From: Schizochytrium sp. TIO01
Taxonomy: Eukaryota > Protista > Bigyra: Labyrinthulomycetes
Reading direction: 5' to 3'
Assembly: GCA_004764695.1 (NCBI GenBank)
Contig: SMSO01000036.1
Coordinates: 186,001-250,000 of the forward strand
Length of the DNA: 64,000 nucleotides
Shown: piece by piece, positions 60,239 through 64,000 of the stretch
Numbering within the stretch: position 1 is the stretch's first letter
Layout of the letters: every line of letters starts with the position of its first letter
Program-made: the position numbers and the translations under genes
The notes under the pieces: generated by a model
Database searches by the model: none
Told to the model about the DNA's origin: nothing
The model's input: only the letters and a program-made list of their open reading frames with translations

Positions 60239-61013
60239 CTAATTTTGTGGACGTTGAAGCTCCGCCTTGCGTTGATCGAGATGACTGACAAGGATAGGCG
60301 CAACCACTTGAAGAAAGTGATTTCGCTTCTCGAATTCCTGCTTAAGCAAGGGTTTCGCTTCATCATTGAGACCCGGATTCTGAATAACATATTGCTGTAG
60401 CTGTTGCAACTCTGACCGCACTGAATATATCTGCTCTGCGAGTTTAACCTCAAACTGCGAAATATCCCTTGAATTCATCGTAGGCAGACTATGAATAATT
60501 TGTTCAATTTCACTTCGGTTCTGGTTCAACCCATTGTCCATTTCGCTTTGCTGTTGTTGTTGTTGCTGTTGAGGTGCAGAAACAGGGGGAGGTGGAGGGG
60601 TCGACGAACGTTTCTTCTGTTGTTGACTTTTGTTCGAGATCTGCGGTTGCGCAGGCATGAGCGGTGGAGAGCCTTGAACACCTTGATGTTGCTTTGACTG
60701 CTTTAGTTGCTGCTGCTGCTGTTGGAATTGTTGTTGCTGTTGCTGCTGTTTCATAGATTGCCGATGTTGCATGAATTCGTTTAAGATGACTTGCTGCCGC
60801 TGAGGTGAAATTCCTTGTTGATCAAGAAGGAGTAACAACTGATCCGGGGTGATTGTTTCGAGGTCAACACCTAGTTGTTGCTGTTGCTCTTGCTGCATTT
60901 GCTGTTGCTGCTGTGAGCCTATTGTCGGAGGGAGAGGCGGACCACCGCCTGGGAGCTGAGGTTGGGTTGGTTTAGATTGCGTAGATGGAACTTGTTTTTT
61001 GCTGGCACCCTGC

Positions 61014-61052
<39 letters not shown>

Positions 61053-64000
61053 TGGTGGCGGTCCTTACCACTTTGTTTAACGTCTTTGGGCAGTTGTTGC
61101 GACTGCTTTGACTGTTGTTGCTGCGCTGGTGACTGTTTCTGCTGCTGTGCAGACGACCGCTCAACCTTCAAAGGGGGTTCCTGCATGCCACGCTGGTTAG
61201 CTGACTTGCGTGAGTCAAATTGTTGCTGGTGAATCTGTTGAGCAGGAGAGGCAGATCTCGAATCCTGCTGATGTTGCGAATTTGGAGATTTTGGTTTTGG
61301 AAGCTGTGATTTAGATGGAATTGGCTTCTCTTTGGTCATCGCCTGCTGCTTGAAGCGCTGGCCACGTGTAGTCGATCCCTGGGCCCTTCCGTCTGCCTGA
61401 GATTGAGCTTGTCCCATTTGCATTCTCTCGTGATCCTTCTGTTGTTGTTGCTTCTGCTGTTGCTGCTGCTGCTGGTGTTGTTGCTGTTGCTGTTGGAGCT
61501 GATGTTGTTGGAGCTGTTGCTGTTGCTGTTGCTGTTGCATCTCTGAGAGTTGCTGGCGTGCAAGGCGCTCTTGCAGATCGCTCTCTTGCTGCAGCTCTTG
61601 CTGCTGCTGATGCTTGTGTTGTTGCCTACGCTGTCTAAGTTGCTCCTGCTGTAGAGCAATAGCACGGCTTGTCTGCGTTCCCCGTTTACGCTTTCCTGTT
61701 GCAGAGCGCCCACCCCGGGCTGCCCCTGGCTCCAAAGGAGGAGGGTCAATCCCTGTAATAGGGGCTTGCACAGCCGGAGCTGCCATGACAGGGTTCTCCA
61801 TAAGTAAAGAGAGTCTATGTTTCGCCGCCTCTACCAAGCGCATCCCAGTGCTTTCGGCCTTGGCACGAATATCTGGCATGACTTCGTCCATGAGGTGGTT
61901 AAAGGCTCCACACATGTCAAAGAGTCCCTTCTTCATCAGCAGTGGTGTCTCCGTCTCGCGTCGGAGTTTGACAAGTCTCCGCATCTTCGCGCGACGCCCA
62001 GTGACAGCATAGTAAATGGCACGATCTTCGTCAGAAGCAGTTGGGAATGAGATGGGGAGAAAGTTCCCACGCGCCTTCTTTTCAGCCTCTTCAACACTCT
62101 GTAGCCTCCATACGCGTTTCAAAGTGAACCAGGACTTGACTTGGTCACTCACCCATTCAGACTCAGAGACTTTGCGAACGAGGTCACGAATGGCCCAAGC
62201 GTGCGCCTCTTCGAACTTCTCCTCCTGTGTCAAAGGTTCGCCAACAATGACGTTTTCCTCATCTCTTTCAATAGTGTTGCGATTCTTAGTTTCCTTCAAT
62301 ACACCTGATGTAGCTGGTGATGCTAACTCCTGTTTCGTAGGCGGGGCTGCTTCAGTACTGCCCTTCATTTTTTTCTTAATGGGATCTTCTGAACTCGAAG
62401 GAGTGGAGTACCCGACGGCTTTTGCAGGTTCCTTCTCCTCCATTGCAGTAGCTGCCCCCTTCTTAGGTTGAGTGTCGCTTGCACCTTTTCCGTTTGCCGG
62501 CTCCGGCTTAGCACTACTATCCACCGAATTGTCGGACTTCTCACTCTTTAAAGCTCCACTCTTTATCGACCGATCTGCCGTTTCCTCGGGCCCCTCTTCT
62601 TTAGCAGCTGAGCTTTTCTGATTCTTCTCCGTTGAGGATGTTCTTGCTGGTACTGGATTTTCTGCAACTTTTGCATCGGACCTTCTTGCAGCTGGGCTCG
62701 GGCTCCTCGATGCCCTTGAGCTCTTCTTTTTCTTGCTGCTCTTAGGAGTTTCGCTCTTTTCGCCTTCGTCCGCGTCCATGTCATTGCTCTTCTTATCTTC
62801 GTCCTTTAACTTCGTATCTTCATCGTTTTTTGCACTGCTGGACTTCTTCTCCTCATCCTCTTTTTGGTTTTTGTCATCGGCCTTGACTTTAACTGCTTTC
62901 TGAACATCGTCTCTACGTTCTTTCTCTCCTGTTGCGTCCTTTCCTTTGACCTCTTCATTAGCAAGCGTTTCATTTTCCCCCTTTACGTTTGTTGAGTCAT
63001 TTTTGGCTTGCGTTTGTCCTACTTCGGTTTCCTCCTTGGCGCTTTCTTCCGTCTCATGTTTTTTCTTGGCGGCATTGGCGAGGAGCTCCGCGAGATTCTT
63101 CGTAGCGGAGTCCTCTCCGTTCTTGGCTTCTTCCTGTGCACTGATGAACTTGGCTAGATTTGCGAGCTTGGAGTTCGCGTTGGCGTTGCTAGAGGCCATG
63201 TCAGCGCTTTTGGCAAAAGCACTTTCGTCCTTATTAATCACACCTTCCTGGCCCATGAGTTGCGCAAATTGTGCCAATTTTGACGACGGTGAAGCTGGAT
63301 TTGCGTTGTTTATGGCTCCTGCTGCAGCCGCTACCTCCCCACTCACAAGGCTCGACAGTGCTGCGAGACCACCCATACTGCCTCCGTTCTGAACCGATGC
63401 TGGCGCAGAGCTCGACGTGCTCGAAGATGAAGTGTTCGCGGAAATCGAAGGATTCGAAGAAGCTGCAGCGAGGGCCTGCAGTGCTGAGTTAGCAGCAGTA
63501 TCAGGCTTGCCGTTTGTTGCTGATGATGGGGAAGTAAGAGAGTTGAGAAGGACTTCTGGGTTTGTGTTCTTCTTGACAGTCTCCAGCAGCGAAGAGAGCA
63601 CGTTTGTATGGTCTGGGGCGGATGAAGAAGTGGAAGTTGAGGAAGACGAGGCCGCGCTTGAGGCCGCCGCTAGAGCCGCAAGAGATGCCGCTGAAGATGC
63701 TTCGCGGTTCTTCAGGTCCGACGCGGGATCGGAAAGTCCCTTGGCAGAACCGGGAACTGCGTCCTCCCGAGAGTCCTCCTGAGGCCTGAAGGCATGGCCA
63801 GCGGCTCCGCCAATGAGGCTTTTAAGCGCAGCAAGGCTAGCGCTGGCATTAGCATTAGGACCTGAAGCGGAGGAGGCGGGCGGCGAGGGAGAGGATGAAG
63901 ATGATGCATGCTGCGAGAGCTGTGACATGAGCGCCGCGGCAGACGCGAGGTCGCCGCCGAAGTGGCCCGGTGAGGCGTCGGTTGGCGTCCTTTTCAAACT
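60239..64000 (-). CDS. Large low-complexity protein (Ala/Ser-rich, charged and polyQ tracts; helical central domain), probably 5'-truncated by the window
   Basis: Frame of at least 1252 codons, open to the window edge. Confidence 0.88.

Noticed and set aside
60919-62471. Poly-Cys/poly-Ser ORFs overlapping the large minus-strand gene
   Set aside because: Antisense or alternative-frame shadows of CAG/CAA polyQ codons.

Overview
Eukaryotic nuclear DNA: compact and intron-poor, with a clear GT-AG intron and many ATTC/GAGT/TTTC/TTTA microsatellites. The style suggests a marine stramenopile, probably a thraustochytrid (inference only). About 15 protein genes are visible: a Ser/Thr kinase, a histidine phosphatase (PGM family), an F-box protein, a peroxisomal acyl-CoA oxidase, a two-exon secreted arylsulfatase with Cys-rich N-terminal modules, a tetraspan membrane protein, an Mpv17/PMP22 protein, a PMP34-like carrier and several low-complexity hypothetical proteins. 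There are three accessory zones. (i) About 21-25 kb holds decayed retroelements (Copia pol and possible gag; possible non-LTR endonuclease). (ii) About 38.3-44.5 kb holds a multiply disrupted Crinkler-type NTPase + restriction-endonuclease-fold pseudogene, head-to-head with a C-x4-C...C-x2-HGG zinc-finger-repeat gene. (iii) A ~14 kb stretch with no convincing gene (44.5-58.3 kb) lies upstream of a small unknown gene. It contains a perfect 31-bp inverted repeat inside a ~137-nt fold-back (pre-miRNA-like), other hairpins and clustered G-box/CRE motifs. No tRNA, rRNA or CRISPR array was recognised. All family calls come from motif recognition by eye, not database searches.
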